A stretch of DNA of 64,000 nt from the NCBI GenBank assembly GCA_050250895.1, contig JBFWNU010000003.1, positions 778,109 to 842,108 on the forward strand, in the 5' to 3' direction. Each line of letters begins with the position of its first letter. Position 1 is the first letter of the stretch. A program made the translations under genes and the position numbers. Shown piece after piece: positions 1 to 10,158 of this stretch. The notes beneath the pieces are model-generated. The model was not told the DNA's origin. It was given only the letters and a program-made list of their open reading frames with translations, and did no database searches. The stretch is from Vulcanimicrobiota bacterium (GTDB taxonomy: Bacteria > Vulcanimicrobiota > Xenobia > Xenobiales > JADMJV01).

Positions 1-24
1 CTTCGGGTGAGAAAGGGGCCGTTT

Positions 25-825
25 ATGCCGATTGCACCGACTCATTTTCAGTATTCTTTCGATTCCGACTCGGGCGTGGCCGTGGTGACCCTGAGCCGGC
101 CAGACCGTCTCAATGCTCTGACTTTCGAGGTCTATCGAGAGTTGCGTGAGGTCTTCGACGCTCTCGACACCGAGCCGGGCGTGCGGGTCATCATCCTGAC
201 TGGCGAAGGTCGCGGCTTTTGCTCCGGGGGCGACGTCGAGTCGATCATCGGAGAACTCTTTGCCCGGGATTTTCGCGGCTTGCTGGATTTCACTCGCGAC
301 ACAGGGGCCCTGATCATCTCGATGCTGCGCTGCCGAAGACCCATCATCGGCGCTCTCAACGGCCTGGCCGCGGGCGCGGGGGCGGTGATCGCCTCGGCCT
401 GCGACATTCGCATCGCTTCCGAGAAGGCAAAGATCGCCTTTCTGTTCAGTCGAGTGGGATTGTCGGGCGCCGACATGGGAGCCTCCTGGTTGTTGCCCCG
501 CTTGATCGGGCAGGGACGGGCCCTCGAGTTGTTGATGACCGGCGACTTTCTCGACGCGCTCGAGGCTGAACGAATCGGTCTCTACAATCGGGTGGTAGAG
601 CCAGAAAAAGTGATGGAAACGGCGATGGAATGGGCACGTAAGCTGTCGAAAGGTCCCAGCTTCGCCCTCGAGATCACCAAGAAGATGGTGCTGCGCGAGG
701 CGGCCATGGATCTCGAGACGGCCATGGCCTATGAAACCGACATTCAAGCGGCTCTGATGCTGCATCCTGACTTTCGCGAGTCCTACGACGCCTTCGTGGC
801 CAAGCGCGAGCCGGAGTTTCTGTGA
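25..825 (+). CDS. Enoyl-CoA hydratase/isomerase (crotonase family)
   Basis: Crotonase motifs 'FCSGGD', 'GLAAGAG', 'DIRIASEKAKI', C-terminal 'FVAKREPEF'. ATG at 25 follows GAAAGGGG; stop overlaps the next GTG (GTGA). Confidence 0.92.
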   Translation: MPIAPTHFQYSFDSDSGVAVVTLSRPDRLNALTFEVYRELREVFDALDTEPGVRVIILTGEGRGFCSGGDVESIIGELFARDFRGLLDFTRDTGALIISMLRCRRPIIGALNGLAAGAGAVIASACDIRIASEKAKIAFLFSRVGLSGADMGASWLLPRLIGQGRALELLMTGDFLDALEAERIGLYNRVVEPEKVMETAMEWARKLSKGPSFALEITKKMVLREAAMDLETAMAYETDIQAALMLHPDFRESYDAFVAKREPEFL

Positions 826-1958
826 GGGTCGAAACCGCGCCCGTTCGGGCTTTTCTAGAGCCTCACCATCACCAGCTGGCGGATCGGCTCGAGCAGTTTG
901 CCGCGGCTCAATCCGACCTGCCCAACCTTCATGACGACGAACAAGCCCGAGTTCAGGCTCGAGTCTGGCTCGAGCGACTGGGGCAGGCCGACCTTATCGC
1001 TTACGGTGTGGGGACTCCCGACATGCGGGCCGTCTGCCTCATCCGCGAGGTGCTGGCCGCCACTTCGACGCTGGCGGATTCGGTCTATGCTTTACAGTGT
1101 TTGGGCTCGCTGCCGATCATGCTGGCCGGCAGCGCCGAACAGAAGGAGTTGCTGAACGCGGTGCGCGCCGGCCAGACTATGGCTGCCTTCGCGATGACCG
1201 AGGCCGAGGCCGGTTCAGACGTGGTCTCGATGAAGACCTCGGCCCGTCCTGAAGGGCACGGTTTCGTGCTCGAAGGCGAGAAGTGTTTTATCACCAATGC
1301 CGGTCTGGCCGACTTCTACACCGTCTTTGCCAAGACCGACGCCATGGCCGGCCACCGCGGCTTGTCTTGTTTTCTGGTGAAGGCCGACAATCCGGGGTTA
1401 CGCTTTGTGGGGCCCCAGGTCATGAGCGCGCCCCATCCCCTGGGTCGGATCGCCTTCGAGCAGTGCCGGGTGCCCAGAGAAGCCCTCGTTGGCGAGCTGG
1501 GTCAGGGCTTCAAGCTCGGTATGATGACCCTGGACTATATGCGTTCGACGGTCGGAGCGGCCGCCTGCGGCATGGCCGCCCGAGCCCTGGCCGAGGCTAC
1601 CCAGCACGTGAGGGCGCGCCGCCAGTTCGGTAAGGCGCTGGTCGAATTTCAGCTGGTTCAACACCGTCTGGCCGGCATGGCCATCGAACTCGACGCCTCG
1701 CGACTGCTGGTCTATCGAGCCGTGTGGGAAAAGGACGCTGGGGCTGCGCGGGTCACTCTCGAATCGGCTATGGCCAAAGCATTTGCCTGCGAGGCGGCCC
1801 AGAGGGTGGTGGACGCGGCCATTCAACTCCACGGCGGCGCGGGCGTCATGCGCGACAGCGTCGTGGACCATCTTTATCGCTCGGTTCGGGCCCTGCGGAT
1901 CTATGAAGGGGCCACCGATATCCAGCACCTGGTCATCGCCCGCGAGTTGGTTAAATAG
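822..1958 (+). CDS. Acyl-CoA dehydrogenase
   Basis: 'FAMTEAEAGSD', 'GEKCFITNA', 'RRQFGK', 'IQLHGGAG', 'RIYEGATDIQ'. Confidence 0.95.
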   Translation: MRVETAPVRAFLEPHHHQLADRLEQFAAAQSDLPNLHDDEQARVQARVWLERLGQADLIAYGVGTPDMRAVCLIREVLAATSTLADSVYALQCLGSLPIMLAGSAEQKELLNAVRAGQTMAAFAMTEAEAGSDVVSMKTSARPEGHGFVLEGEKCFITNAGLADFYTVFAKTDAMAGHRGLSCFLVKADNPGLRFVGPQVMSAPHPLGRIAFEQCRVPREALVGELGQGFKLGMMTLDYMRSTVGAAACGMAARALAEATQHVRARRQFGKALVEFQLVQHRLAGMAIELDASRLLVYRAVWEKDAGAARVTLESAMAKAFACEAAQRVVDAAIQLHGGAGVMRDSVVDHLYRSVRALRIYEGATDIQHLVIARELVK

Positions 1959-2009
1959 CGAATGATGTGGATCATTGGAGCAAGGCGCCCAACCCGCTAA
2001 ACTTGGGCT

Positions 2010-2393
2010 ATGAAATGGCATGTATTTGAAGTGATGCATCGGGGCGCATTTTGCGCCCAGCCCGACAACTCTCTAGCCGAACTCGTTCAAGAGCTCAAAG
2101 CTCGCAAGATCTCGGCCGCGCCGGTGGTCGACCGAGAAGAAAAGCTGGTAGGGGTCATCTCCTTGCGCGACGTGGCCCTGGCCAGGCCCGAGCAGTTGGT
2201 CAAGGAGGTGATGAGTACTCCCGCTATCACCGTCGATCAGGCGGCCACCATGCCGACGGTCTTGAAGTTATTCGAAAAACACAAGGTGCATCGCCTGGTG
2301 GTCACCCATCAGGACCGTGTGCTCGGAGTGCTCTCACTGGTCGACCTGCTGGGTCCGCTGGCCGAGGCATATGTTTATCCAAACTTCAGCTAG
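2010..2393 (+). CDS. CBS domain pair protein
   Basis: Two CBS repeats ('ISAAPVVD..KLVGVISLRD', 'VHRLVVT..RVLGVLSLVD'); TAAACT-N6-ATG leaderless promoter. Confidence 0.9.
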   Translation: MKWHVFEVMHRGAFCAQPDNSLAELVQELKARKISAAPVVDREEKLVGVISLRDVALARPEQLVKEVMSTPAITVDQAATMPTVLKLFEKHKVHRLVVTHQDRVLGVLSLVDLLGPLAEAYVYPNFS

Positions 2394-2430
2394 TGGGGGA
2401 GCGACCGCGTCGTCTGTAGAACCGTTCCAG

Positions 2431-2550
2431 ATGACACAAGACGCTCACTCTGATAAAAAGAAGGGCTGCTGCGGTTGCCCATGCTGCAGCCTCCTGGTGG
2501 TCGGATTCTTTTCCACTCTCGGCTTTCTGCTCTATCAGTTCCTGTTCTAA
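2431..2550 (+). CDS. Small Cys-rich single-TM protein (39 aa)
   Basis: MTQDAHSDKKKGCCGCPCCSLLVVGFFSTLGFLLYQFLF fills the gap exactly; stop lies 3 nt before the next ATG; GGG-N18-AGAA-N9-ATG upstream. Confidence 0.6.
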   Translation: MTQDAHSDKKKGCCGCPCCSLLVVGFFSTLGFLLYQFLF

Positions 2551-2553
2551 ATC

Positions 2554-3678
2554 ATGCGCATCACCATTTTGGGCGGAGGCCCGGCCGGTCTCTATTTCGC
2601 TATTCTGATGAAGCGCCTCGACCCGAGCAACCAGGTGAGGGTCTTCGAGCGAAACCCCAGAGGGAGCACCTTCGGTTGGGGGGTGGTTTTCTCCAGTCAG
2701 ACCTTGACTTCGCTGGCCCAGGCCGACCCTGCCAGTCACGCTGCTATCACTGCCAGTTTCCAGCTCTGGGACAACGTCGATGTCGTTCATCGAGGACAGA
2801 AGGTGACGATTCGGGGCAATCGATTCGCCGGCATTGCTCGACTGGCTTTGCTCGAGATTCTGGTCGAGCGCTGCTACGAACTGGGGGTTGAACTCGAGTT
2901 TGGCCACGAGGTAATCGAAATCCCCGACCTGGCCGAGACCGACTTGCTGGTCGGTGCCGACGGTGTCAACAGTCGCACTCGCGAAGTCTTCGCCGACACC
3001 TTCAAGCCCCAGGTCGAGCAAGCCGCCAACCACTACATCTGGCTGGGAACACGGCGCCTTTTCGATGGCCTCACCCTGACCTTCCGCGAGACCGTCAACG
3101 GGCTCTACATCGCCCACTCCTACAAGTTCAGCCCCGAGCTGAGCACCTTCATCGTCGAATGCGACCCCGACAGTTTCGCGCGGGCCGGTTTTGAAGATTT
3201 GGACGAACAGGGCACGCTACGCGCCCTGGAGGCAGTGTTTGCCGAGGATCTCGAGGGGCACCCTTTGTTGTCCAACCACGCCCGCTGGATTCGATTTGTC
3301 AACGTGCGCAATCATAACTGGTATCACCCCAAGGTCGTGCTGTTGGGCGACGCTCTGCATACCGCTCACTTTTCCATCGGGTCGGGGACGAAACTGGCCC
3401 TCGAGGATTCGATTGCCCTGGCCGAATGCTTTGGCCAGAACGGCTCGGTGAGCGAGGCTTTGCAGGACTTTGCCACCCAGCGCAAGCCCTATGTCGACGC
3501 CTATCAAGAGATCGCCAACGAGAGTCGCGAGTGGTTCGAGACCGCTGGCGAGCGCACCCATCTTCAGCCCATCCCGATGGCATTTGCGACCATGACTCGA
3601 AACGCCAAAGTGGATCTCGAGAACCTGCGCCAACGCGACCCGGAGTTCGTGGAACGTTACCTGGCCACGGTCTCTTGA
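2554..3678 (+). CDS. FAD-dependent monooxygenase, anthraniloyl-/salicylyl-CoA hydroxylase (AbmA N-terminal domain)-like
   Basis: 'GGGPAGLY', 'STFGWGVVFS', 'GADGVNS', 'LLGDALHTAHFSIGSGTKLALED'. Confidence 0.88.
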   Translation: MRITILGGGPAGLYFAILMKRLDPSNQVRVFERNPRGSTFGWGVVFSSQTLTSLAQADPASHAAITASFQLWDNVDVVHRGQKVTIRGNRFAGIARLALLEILVERCYELGVELEFGHEVIEIPDLAETDLLVGADGVNSRTREVFADTFKPQVEQAANHYIWLGTRRLFDGLTLTFRETVNGLYIAHSYKFSPELSTFIVECDPDSFARAGFEDLDEQGTLRALEAVFAEDLEGHPLLSNHARWIRFVNVRNHNWYHPKVVLLGDALHTAHFSIGSGTKLALEDSIALAECFGQNGSVSEALQDFATQRKPYVDAYQEIANESREWFETAGERTHLQPIPMAFATMTRNAKVDLENLRQRDPEFVERYLATVS

Positions 3679-4598
3679 AGCTCGACCTGGACGATATCGA
3701 GGCTGCCAGGGTTGCGCTTCCCGACAGCGTCGTCTTGACCCCGGTGCTCCACGGGCCTCTGGGCATCTGGTGCAAGTGCGAGAACCTTCAGCGCACCGGC
3801 GCCTATAAGATTCGGGCGGCCTATACGGCGCTTCAACGTCTGACAGCCGAGCAGAGAAGAGCCGGGGTGGCTCTTAGTTCTTCGGGGAACTTCGCTCGGG
3901 CCATGGCCACGGCGGCCCGCGACCTGGAGCTGCAGGCGACCCTGGTGATGATGGAGAGTACCGACCCCTACAAGGTCGAATGGACCCGGTCGATGGGTGG
4001 CCGGATCGTGTTCTGCGAAGACCGCTACGAGGCGCGCTACGAGACCCTGGCCGAGTTGGCTCAGCAGGGCCTGACCGTGATCGACCACCGCGACCATCCG
4101 GATGTCATCGCCGGCCACGCCACCATCGGGCTGGAACTGCTCGACCAGTGTCCGCGCATGACCGAAGTGGTGATTCCGGCCAGCACCGGGGGATTGTTGG
4201 CCGGAGTGGCCCTGGCCGTCAAATCGCTGCGACCCGACGTGAAGGTCTATGGCGTCCAGCCGTCGGGCTCGCGGGCCTGTGTCGAGTCTTTTCGGCTGGG
4301 CCAAATGGTCTGTGTGCAGACCGATACCATCTGCGACGCGCTCACGGCCAGTTCGCCGGGACGGTTGCCTTTCGAGCTGATGCAGCGCTGGGTCGACGAC
4401 GTGATCGAGGTCTCGGAAGAGGCGGTTCGACTGGCCGTCAAGACCTTTGCCACCGAAGCCAAATTGGTGGTGGAGCCCGGGGGCGCCGTCGGCCTGGCCG
4501 CCCTGCTCGAACGGCGCCTGCCAACCCGGCCGGGAACGGTGCTGCTGGTGAGCGGTGGCAATATCTCGCCCGAGCGGTTGGCCGAGATTTTAGCGTAG
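3675..4598 (+). CDS. PLP-dependent threonine/serine dehydratase family
   Basis: 'KCENLQRTGAYKIR' (PLP lysine), 'SSSGN', 'GHATIGLE', 'EPGGAVG', 'SGGN'; TTG overlaps the upstream TGA. Confidence 0.88.
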   Translation: MKLDLDDIEAARVALPDSVVLTPVLHGPLGIWCKCENLQRTGAYKIRAAYTALQRLTAEQRRAGVALSSSGNFARAMATAARDLELQATLVMMESTDPYKVEWTRSMGGRIVFCEDRYEARYETLAELAQQGLTVIDHRDHPDVIAGHATIGLELLDQCPRMTEVVIPASTGGLLAGVALAVKSLRPDVKVYGVQPSGSRACVESFRLGQMVCVQTDTICDALTASSPGRLPFELMQRWVDDVIEVSEEAVRLAVKTFATEAKLVVEPGGAVGLAALLERRLPTRPGTVLLVSGGNISPERLAEILA

Positions 4599-4973
4599 CA
4601 GGTTGGTGACCTGCTCGATGATGTCGGCTGAGTCGGGCCGGATTAACGCCAGGATCGAGGCGTGGCGGATGATCAAGAATTGGTGGTTCTGATACTGGAT
4701 CTCGACCGCCTCGTTGCGGACGAAAAAGGCGAAGTCGCCCGCCTGAGCCTGCATCGGCAAGTAGCGCACGGCTTCGTCGGGCTTGCTCCACGGTTCGTCA
4801 GAATACTCGGGATTGGCCATCAGGTAGCCCGGACCCACCCGCACCACCCGGCCGCCGCGAACCTGTTCTTTCTCGGTGACCGTGGCCGGCAGCACCAGGC
4901 CAGACTGCGTCTTTTGCTCGCCGTCGGCGGGGTCGATGAGGACCCGATCTCCGACTAGTATTAACTCACCCAT
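4590..4973 (-). CDS. Stand-alone GroES/Cpn10-family co-chaperonin paralog
   Basis: 'GDRVLI', 'KTQSGLVLP', 'GRVVRVGPG'; no groEL adjacent. Confidence 0.85.
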   Translation of the reverse strand: MGELILVGDRVLIDPADGEQKTQSGLVLPATVTEKEQVRGGRVVRVGPGYLMANPEYSDEPWSKPDEAVRYLPMQAQAGDFAFFVRNEAVEIQYQNHQFLIIRHASILALIRPDSADIIEQVTNLLR

Positions 4974-5017
4974 GGGCGGGCCGATTCGTGTTCTGGGCAC
5001 GGTGGACCTGTGCCCAC

Positions 5018-5046
5018 AAAAAAACGGCGGTCTTACGACCGCCGTT
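5018..5046 (-). terminator. Intrinsic terminator
   Basis: Perfect 10-bp stem AACGGCGGTC/GACCGCCGTT with a 4-nt loop followed by a T-run on the minus strand, 16 nt after the stop of ORF 5063-5236. Confidence 0.85.
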
Positions 5047-5062
5047 CACGCGCCGGGGTAAT

Positions 5063-5236
5063 CTAGAGCTCGATTTCCACGAGATCCGGGTCGCGGGTGA
5101 CCATCTCGATGGCTTCATCAACGATGAGGTTATGTTTCCCACTAGCGTGGATGGGATGGTCGTTGGCGACGGCGTGCCAGAGCGCATCTTCAAACTCGGC
5201 GATGCCGAAGACTTCACAATATTCCCGGAGAGTCAA
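5063..5236 (-). CDS. Small acidic protein (57 aa), below the ORF-track cutoff
   Basis: TTG start 8 nt after AAAAGGGGG. MTLREYCEVFGIAEFEDALWHAVANDHPIHASGKHNLIVDEAIEMVTRDPDLVEIEL*; host-like codon use; own terminator. Confidence 0.75.
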   Translation of the reverse strand: MTLREYCEVFGIAEFEDALWHAVANDHPIHASGKHNLIVDEAIEMVTRDPDLVEIEL

Positions 5237-5575
5237 CCCAATTACCCCCTTTTCTGCCCCGTCCCCGAGTCCGGACCCAAACCTTGGCGTGGTTTGGGCC
5301 TGAACACGGGTGAGGGCTCTTTCCCAATCTACTTTGGCGAGAACCGCTTCGTCCTCGCACGTCCCTGGGGGCGTATTCCAGTTCGACGTGTCTACTAGAG
5401 ACTAACAGTAATGCTGTCGGCTGGCAATGGTATGGATCTACTAGTCGAGTTAAACTGGCAGACGTCTTTTTGGAAGCTCTTCGGTTGTTTTGCTTTTTTG
5501 TTAAGGGATCTTTGAATGCAGTCTGTCTTCTGTGTCAGTTTGGCAGTGTTGGTGGGAACAGTTATATTGCAACTG

Positions 5576-6370
5576 TTATTTCTGGTAGAATTCTCCCAAC
5601 CTGGCCAGATAGCCGACCTCGTCCATGAAGCCGGCGTTGCGAACGATGCGGGTCGGCCGGGCCAGGGGGCTCCCTTTGGTGACCAGCGTGGTGAAGCAAT
5701 CGATGAGCCTTTTTGCTCCCCAGTTCACGAGTTCCTGAGAAGTGCAAACCAGCTCGGCCGCCTCGGCCATCGCTCGAAATTTTGCGGCCGTCACGGTGGG
5801 TGCTCGCCACTGACTGAGATCGATGAGCCCAAGCCGATTGAGGCGCACACGGGTGGGCTCGGGCACAAGGCCGGTCAGGGTGAAGTAGAAGTCGTACTCA
5901 CCCAGGTTGGAATGGTGCAAGAAGGCTCCGCCGCCCGGTCGCAGCACCCGAGCGATCTCGTGGAGATAGGCTTCACAAACATCAGCTTCGGCCAACACCA
6001 GGCTTTCGAACGAGAACACGAAGTCGACCGAGCCGTTCTCGATGCTGGGCAAACTGCGGCCATCCGTGAGTTCAAAGCGCAAATGGGGTTGGTCGGCGAA
6101 ACGCTCCCGGCAGGCCTCGACACATTTGTCGACCAGATCGAAGCCCACCAGGCTCTGGCACGAGCGGGCTAGATGATGGGCAAAACGGCCGAAGCCCGAA
6201 CCGATCTCGACGATGCGCTCGGCGGGCAGAAACTGGCGCAGGCGGGGATAGATGCAGGCCTGCCACTGAAAGGCCGAACCCCCTTCACCCCAGCCTTTGG
6301 ACCATTCTTCGCCGCCTCGACTCCAATCGTAGGACTGCCAGAACGATCGGTTCTCCTCCAGGCTTGCCAT
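5576..6370 (-). CDS. Class I SAM-dependent methyltransferase
   Basis: 'IVEIGSGFGRF', 'SVDFVFSF', 'EIARVLRPGG'. Confidence 0.88.
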   Translation of the reverse strand: MASLEENRSFWQSYDWSRGGEEWSKGWGEGGSAFQWQACIYPRLRQFLPAERIVEIGSGFGRFAHHLARSCQSLVGFDLVDKCVEACRERFADQPHLRFELTDGRSLPSIENGSVDFVFSFESLVLAEADVCEAYLHEIARVLRPGGGAFLHHSNLGEYDFYFTLTGLVPEPTRVRLNRLGLIDLSQWRAPTVTAAKFRAMAEAAELVCTSQELVNWGAKRLIDCFTTLVTKGSPLARPTRIVRNAGFMDEVGYLARLGEFYQK

Positions 6371-6480
6371 GGTCTTTAGATCGAGGCGCGAACGATGATT
6401 CCTTCCAATTTGTCCAGGTGGCAGGCTAAGCAGCGCGCCGGGCAGAAACGCGCCCCTCAAATCACCACGCAGGAGGAGTC

Positions 6481-8739
6481 ATGTCCCACCAGATTCAGCG
6501 GGCTGCCGTGATCGGCTCGGGCACCATGGGGGCCGGCATCGCCGCTCACCTGGCCAACGCCGGCGTACCGGTGTTGCTACTCGATATTCCAGCCGACGGC
6601 AAAGACCGCAACGCCATCGCCAAAAAAGGCCTCGAGCGGCTGCAAAAGAGCAAGCCGGCCGCTCTGATGGACAAGTCGCGTCTCGGACTCATCGAGATCG
6701 GCAATACCGAAGATGACCTGGCCAAAGTCAAACAGGTCGACTGGGTGGTGGAAGCCATCATCGAAAAGCTCGGCCCCAAGCAAGAACTGCTCGCTAAGCT
6801 CGAGGACCTGACCGGGCCCGATACCATCGTCAGTTCGAACTCCAGCGGCATCCCCATGCAGCTTCAGCTCAAGGGCCGGTCGGACGCCTTCAAAAAGCGC
6901 TTCCTCGGGACTCACTTCTTCAACCCCCCGCGCTATCTGCACTTGCTCGAGCTGATCCCCACCCCGGACACGGCGCCCGAGGTGATCGACTCGATCGCCG
7001 AGTTCGGCGACCGTGTTCTTGGCAAAGGCATCGTGATGGCCAAAGACGTGCCGGGATTTGCGGCCAACCGGGTGGGCCTCTACTGCGTGGCTCGGGCCAT
7101 GAAGGTGATGCTCGAGCTCGAGCTGACTCCCGATGTGGTCGACGCCATCACCGGACCGCTGATCGGTCGCCCCAAGAGCGCCACCTTCCGCACCATGGAC
7201 CTGTCGGGAGTCGATATCTGCTATACCGTGGCCAGCAACCTGGCTCAGGCTACGGGCGAGGACGTGGCTCTGCCGGAAGTGGTCAAGAAACTGGTCGACG
7301 AAGGGCGTCTGGGCGAGAAATCCGGCCAGGGTTTTTACAAGAAAGTGAAGTCCAACGGCAAGTCTCAGATTCTGACCCTCAACCTCGACAACTTCGAGTA
7401 TGAAGATCGTGGCAGCGTGCGCCTGGAAGAGGTCAAGCCGCTGCTGGCCTTGGCCACACCCGAGCAGCGCATCGAGGCTCTGCTCAAGAGCGACGGGCCG
7501 GCCGGAGAGTTCACCCGCCGCACTCTCTTTCACCAGATTCACTACGCCGCTTCCAAGGTGGGCGAAGTAGCCACCAGCGCGGCCGATGTCGACAACGCCC
7601 TCAAGTGGGGCTTTGGCTGGGAGGTCGGCCCCCTCGAGTTGGCCGAGCACCTGGGCCGCGAGAAAGTGGTCGAAGCCTTCAAAGAGCGCGGCCTGGATGT
7701 GCCCGCCTATTTCAAGAGCGACCGCCCCGCCTCGTCGGCCAACGGCCTGGTGGTGGTCAAGCGCCTGCATCAAGACAACCGGGTGGTCAAGACCAACTCG
7801 GACGCTTCCTTGCTCGACCTGGGCGACGGTGTGGCCCTGCTCGAGTTTCACTCGAAAGCCAACTCCATCGGCCAGAAGGTGCTCGAGATGTTCGACACCG
7901 CCGACGAGATCGTCAAGAAGGATTTCGTCGGTCTGGTCATCGGCAACCAGGGGCAGAACTTCTGCGCTGGGGCCGACATCAGCATGATCTTGCGCCTGGC
8001 TCAAGAGCAGAACTTCGAGGAGATTCGCCGGGCTGTCGGCATCTTCCAGGGCATGACCAGCCGTCTGCGCTACTGTCCGTTCCCCACGGTGAGCGCGCCC
8101 TTCGGGATGACCCTGGGCGGCGGCTGCGAAGTCATGCTGTGGTCTGACGAAGTGGTGTCGGGCGGCGAACTCTATACCGGTCTGGTCGAGGTCGGCGTCG
8201 GCATTCTGCCGGCTGGCGGAGGCACCACCGAGATGCTGATCCGCAAGAGCGAGCAACTCTTACCTGGAGCCGACCCGTTTACGGCCGTCCAGGCTGCTTT
8301 CGAGCTGATCGGGATGGGCAAGGTCTCGACCTCGGCCCTCGAGGCCCGCCAGATGAGCTTCTTGCGTCCGTTTGACCATATCTGTATGAATCACGACCGG
8401 CTCATCAGCGAAGCCAAAGCCCGGGTGCTGGCTCTGGCCCCCGGCTACACCGCGCCCCCACGTCGCCAGGTGAAGGTGCTGGGAGAGGAGGCCTACGCCA
8501 ATCTCTCGGCTGGCGCCTACATGATGAAAGAGGCCGGTTACATCACCGAGTACGAGTATCACCTGGCTCGCACCATCGCCAGGGTGCTCAGCGGCGGCAC
8601 CATGAACCGGTCCGACACCGTCGACGAGTCGGTGCTGCTCGAACTCGAAGGCGAGGCCTTCCTGTCGCTCTCGGGTGAGGCCAAGACGCAGGAGCGCCTG
8701 GCCCACACTCTCAAAACCGGAAAGACTCTGAGGAACTAA
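6481..8739 (+). CDS. fadN: 3-hydroxyacyl-CoA dehydrogenase / enoyl-CoA hydratase (FadN type)
   Basis: '[10 protein letters not shown]', '[11 protein letters not shown]', C-terminal crotonase domain ('NFCAGAD', 'LGGGCE'), ends 'GKTLRN'; RBS CAGGAGGAG. Confidence 0.95.
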   Translation: MSHQIQRAAVIGSGTMGAGIAAHLANAGVPVLLLDIPADGKDRNAIAKKGLERLQKSKPAALMDKSRLGLIEIGNTEDDLAKVKQVDWVVEAIIEKLGPKQELLAKLEDLTGPDTIVSSNSSGIPMQLQLKGRSDAFKKRFLGTHFFNPPRYLHLLELIPTPDTAPEVIDSIAEFGDRVLGKGIVMAKDVPGFAANRVGLYCVARAMKVMLELELTPDVVDAITGPLIGRPKSATFRTMDLSGVDICYTVASNLAQATGEDVALPEVVKKLVDEGRLGEKSGQGFYKKVKSNGKSQILTLNLDNFEYEDRGSVRLEEVKPLLALATPEQRIEALLKSDGPAGEFTRRTLFHQIHYAASKVGEVATSAADVDNALKWGFGWEVGPLELAEHLGREKVVEAFKERGLDVPAYFKSDRPASSANGLVVVKRLHQDNRVVKTNSDASLLDLGDGVALLEFHSKANSIGQKVLEMFDTADEIVKKDFVGLVIGNQGQNFCAGADISMILRLAQEQNFEEIRRAVGIFQGMTSRLRYCPFPTVSAPFGMTLGGGCEVMLWSDEVVSGGELYTGLVEVGVGILPAGGGTTEMLIRKSEQLLPGADPFTAVQAAFELIGMGKVSTSALEARQMSFLRPFDHICMNHDRLISEAKARVLALAPGYTAPPRRQVKVLGEEAYANLSAGAYMMKEAGYITEYEYHLARTIARVLSGGTMNRSDTVDESVLLELEGEAFLSLSGEAKTQERLAHTLKTGKTLRN

Positions 8740-8741
8740 TC

Positions 8742-9923
8742 ATGCATAACGGTAAAACCCCCGTGATCGTCAGCGCCGTGCGCACCCCGGTGGGCCGCGG
8801 CCGTAAGGGTAGCCTGGCGGCCACCCGCCCCGACGACCTGGCCGCCCTGGTCATGAACGCTGCCCTGGCCAAGGCCAGGGTGGCTCCCGAGATGGTCGAG
8901 GATGTGGTCTTCGGCTGCGCCATGCCCGAAGGCGAGCAGGGCCTCAACGTGGCCCGGCTGGCCGCCCTGCTGGCCGGCTTGCCGGTGGAAGTGCCGGCGG
9001 TGACCGTCAACCGCTTCTGCTCATCCGGTTTGCAGGCGGTGGCCATGGCGGCCCAATCGATCGCCACCGGCATGACCGACTGCGCCATCGCCGGCGGAGT
9101 CGAGTCGATGAGCATGGTGCCGATGACAGGCTATCACCCTTCCATGAATCTGCGCTTGTTCGAGCTGAACCCGGGAGCCTATCTTGGCATGGGCCTGACG
9201 GCCGAGAACCTGGCCAGCAAATACAGCATCTCGCGTCAGGAGCAAGACGAGTTCGCCCTGGCCAGCCACCAGCGCGCCGCTGCCGCTATCGAGGCCGGCA
9301 AGTTCAAAGACGAGATCGTGCCGGTGGAAGTGCGCTTTGACCAGCGCAAAGGGGCCAAGGTCGAGTCGAAGATGATCACCTTCGACACCGACGAACTGGT
9401 GCGCTCGGATACTTCGATGGAGGCGCTGGGCTCGCTCAAGCCTTCGTTCAAGCTGAAAGGCTCGGTCACTCCCGGCAACTCGTCGCCGATCTCCGACGGA
9501 GCGGCGGCTTTGGTGCTGATGAGCGCCGACAAGGCAAAAGCCGAGGGCCTCGAGCCCCTGGCCGAGTTCGTGTCGTTTGCGGTAGCCGGTGTGCCCCCCG
9601 AGATCATGGGCATCGGGCCGGTGGCGGCCATTCCCAAAGCCCTGGCCAAGGCCGGCCTCAAGCTCGACGACATCAAGGTGATCGAGCTTAACGAAGCCTT
9701 TGCCGCTCAGAGCCTGGCCGTGCTCAAGGAGATGAACATCCCCCTCGACCGGGTCAATGAGAACGGCGGCGCCATCGCCCTGGGCCATCCCCTGGGCTGC
9801 ACCGGGGCCAAGCTCTCGGCCACCACCATCCACGAGCTACGCCGCCGCGGCGGCGGCTACGGCATGGTGACGATGTGCATCGGCGGCGGCCAGGGCGCAG
9901 CCGGCATTTTCAAGGTGAACTAG
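8742..9923 (+). CDS. fadA: Acetyl-CoA C-acyltransferase (thiolase)
   Basis: 'NRFCSSGLQ', 'NEAFA', 'GHPLG', 'CIGGGQG'. Confidence 0.96.
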   Translation: MHNGKTPVIVSAVRTPVGRGRKGSLAATRPDDLAALVMNAALAKARVAPEMVEDVVFGCAMPEGEQGLNVARLAALLAGLPVEVPAVTVNRFCSSGLQAVAMAAQSIATGMTDCAIAGGVESMSMVPMTGYHPSMNLRLFELNPGAYLGMGLTAENLASKYSISRQEQDEFALASHQRAAAAIEAGKFKDEIVPVEVRFDQRKGAKVESKMITFDTDELVRSDTSMEALGSLKPSFKLKGSVTPGNSSPISDGAAALVLMSADKAKAEGLEPLAEFVSFAVAGVPPEIMGIGPVAAIPKALAKAGLKLDDIKVIELNEAFAAQSLAVLKEMNIPLDRVNENGGAIALGHPLGCTGAKLSATTIHELRRRGGGYGMVTMCIGGGQGAAGIFKVN

Positions 9924-10062
9924 CCGTCTTCCGCGAGCTTGGCTGGCCAGCGCGCTCGGCGGGCTTGGCTGGCCGACGCGCTTGGCGGGCTTGGCGGGTA
10001 CGGCACCAGGTGGCGCCGAATTCGGCACGTGGTGGTGCCGTACGGCGGTGGGGCTGGCCTGG

Positions 10063-10094
10063 TCAAGGCATTTCCAAGGCCCCTCGGTTAGGAT
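10063..10094 (+). promoter_or_regulatory. Direct-repeat-activated promoter (TCAAGG-N5-CCAAGG-N9-TAGGAT); equivalent copies at 10445, 10918, 13097
   Basis: Hexamers and -10 are invariant in all 4 copies while copy 4 changes only spacer bases; the same architecture occurs upstream of the CarF-like gene. Confidence 0.7.
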
Positions 10095-10100
10095 TAGCTC

Positions 10101-10158
10101 AGTGAGATGAGCAAACGGTTGGAACTCGGAGGCCCCGGAAACGGGGCCTCTTCCTTTT
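10101..10158 (+). ncRNA. Putative small RNA, copy 1
   Basis: Starts 6 nt after TAGGAT; AGTGAGATGAGCAAACGGTTGGAACTCG, then GAGGCCCCG-GAAA-CGGGGCCTC and TTCCTTTT. Confidence 0.7.

Noticed and set aside
4988-5398. 136-aa plus-strand ORF
   Set aside because: Antisense shadow of the 57-aa minus-strand gene, which has an SD and a terminator.
5420-5545. Sigma54 promoters at the TGGCA motifs
   Set aside because: None has GC at the correct -12 spacing.
6577-8256. Long antisense ORFs (also 33363-34730, 51606-52823 and similar)
   Set aside because: Mirror frames of well-supported genes, typical of high-GC DNA.
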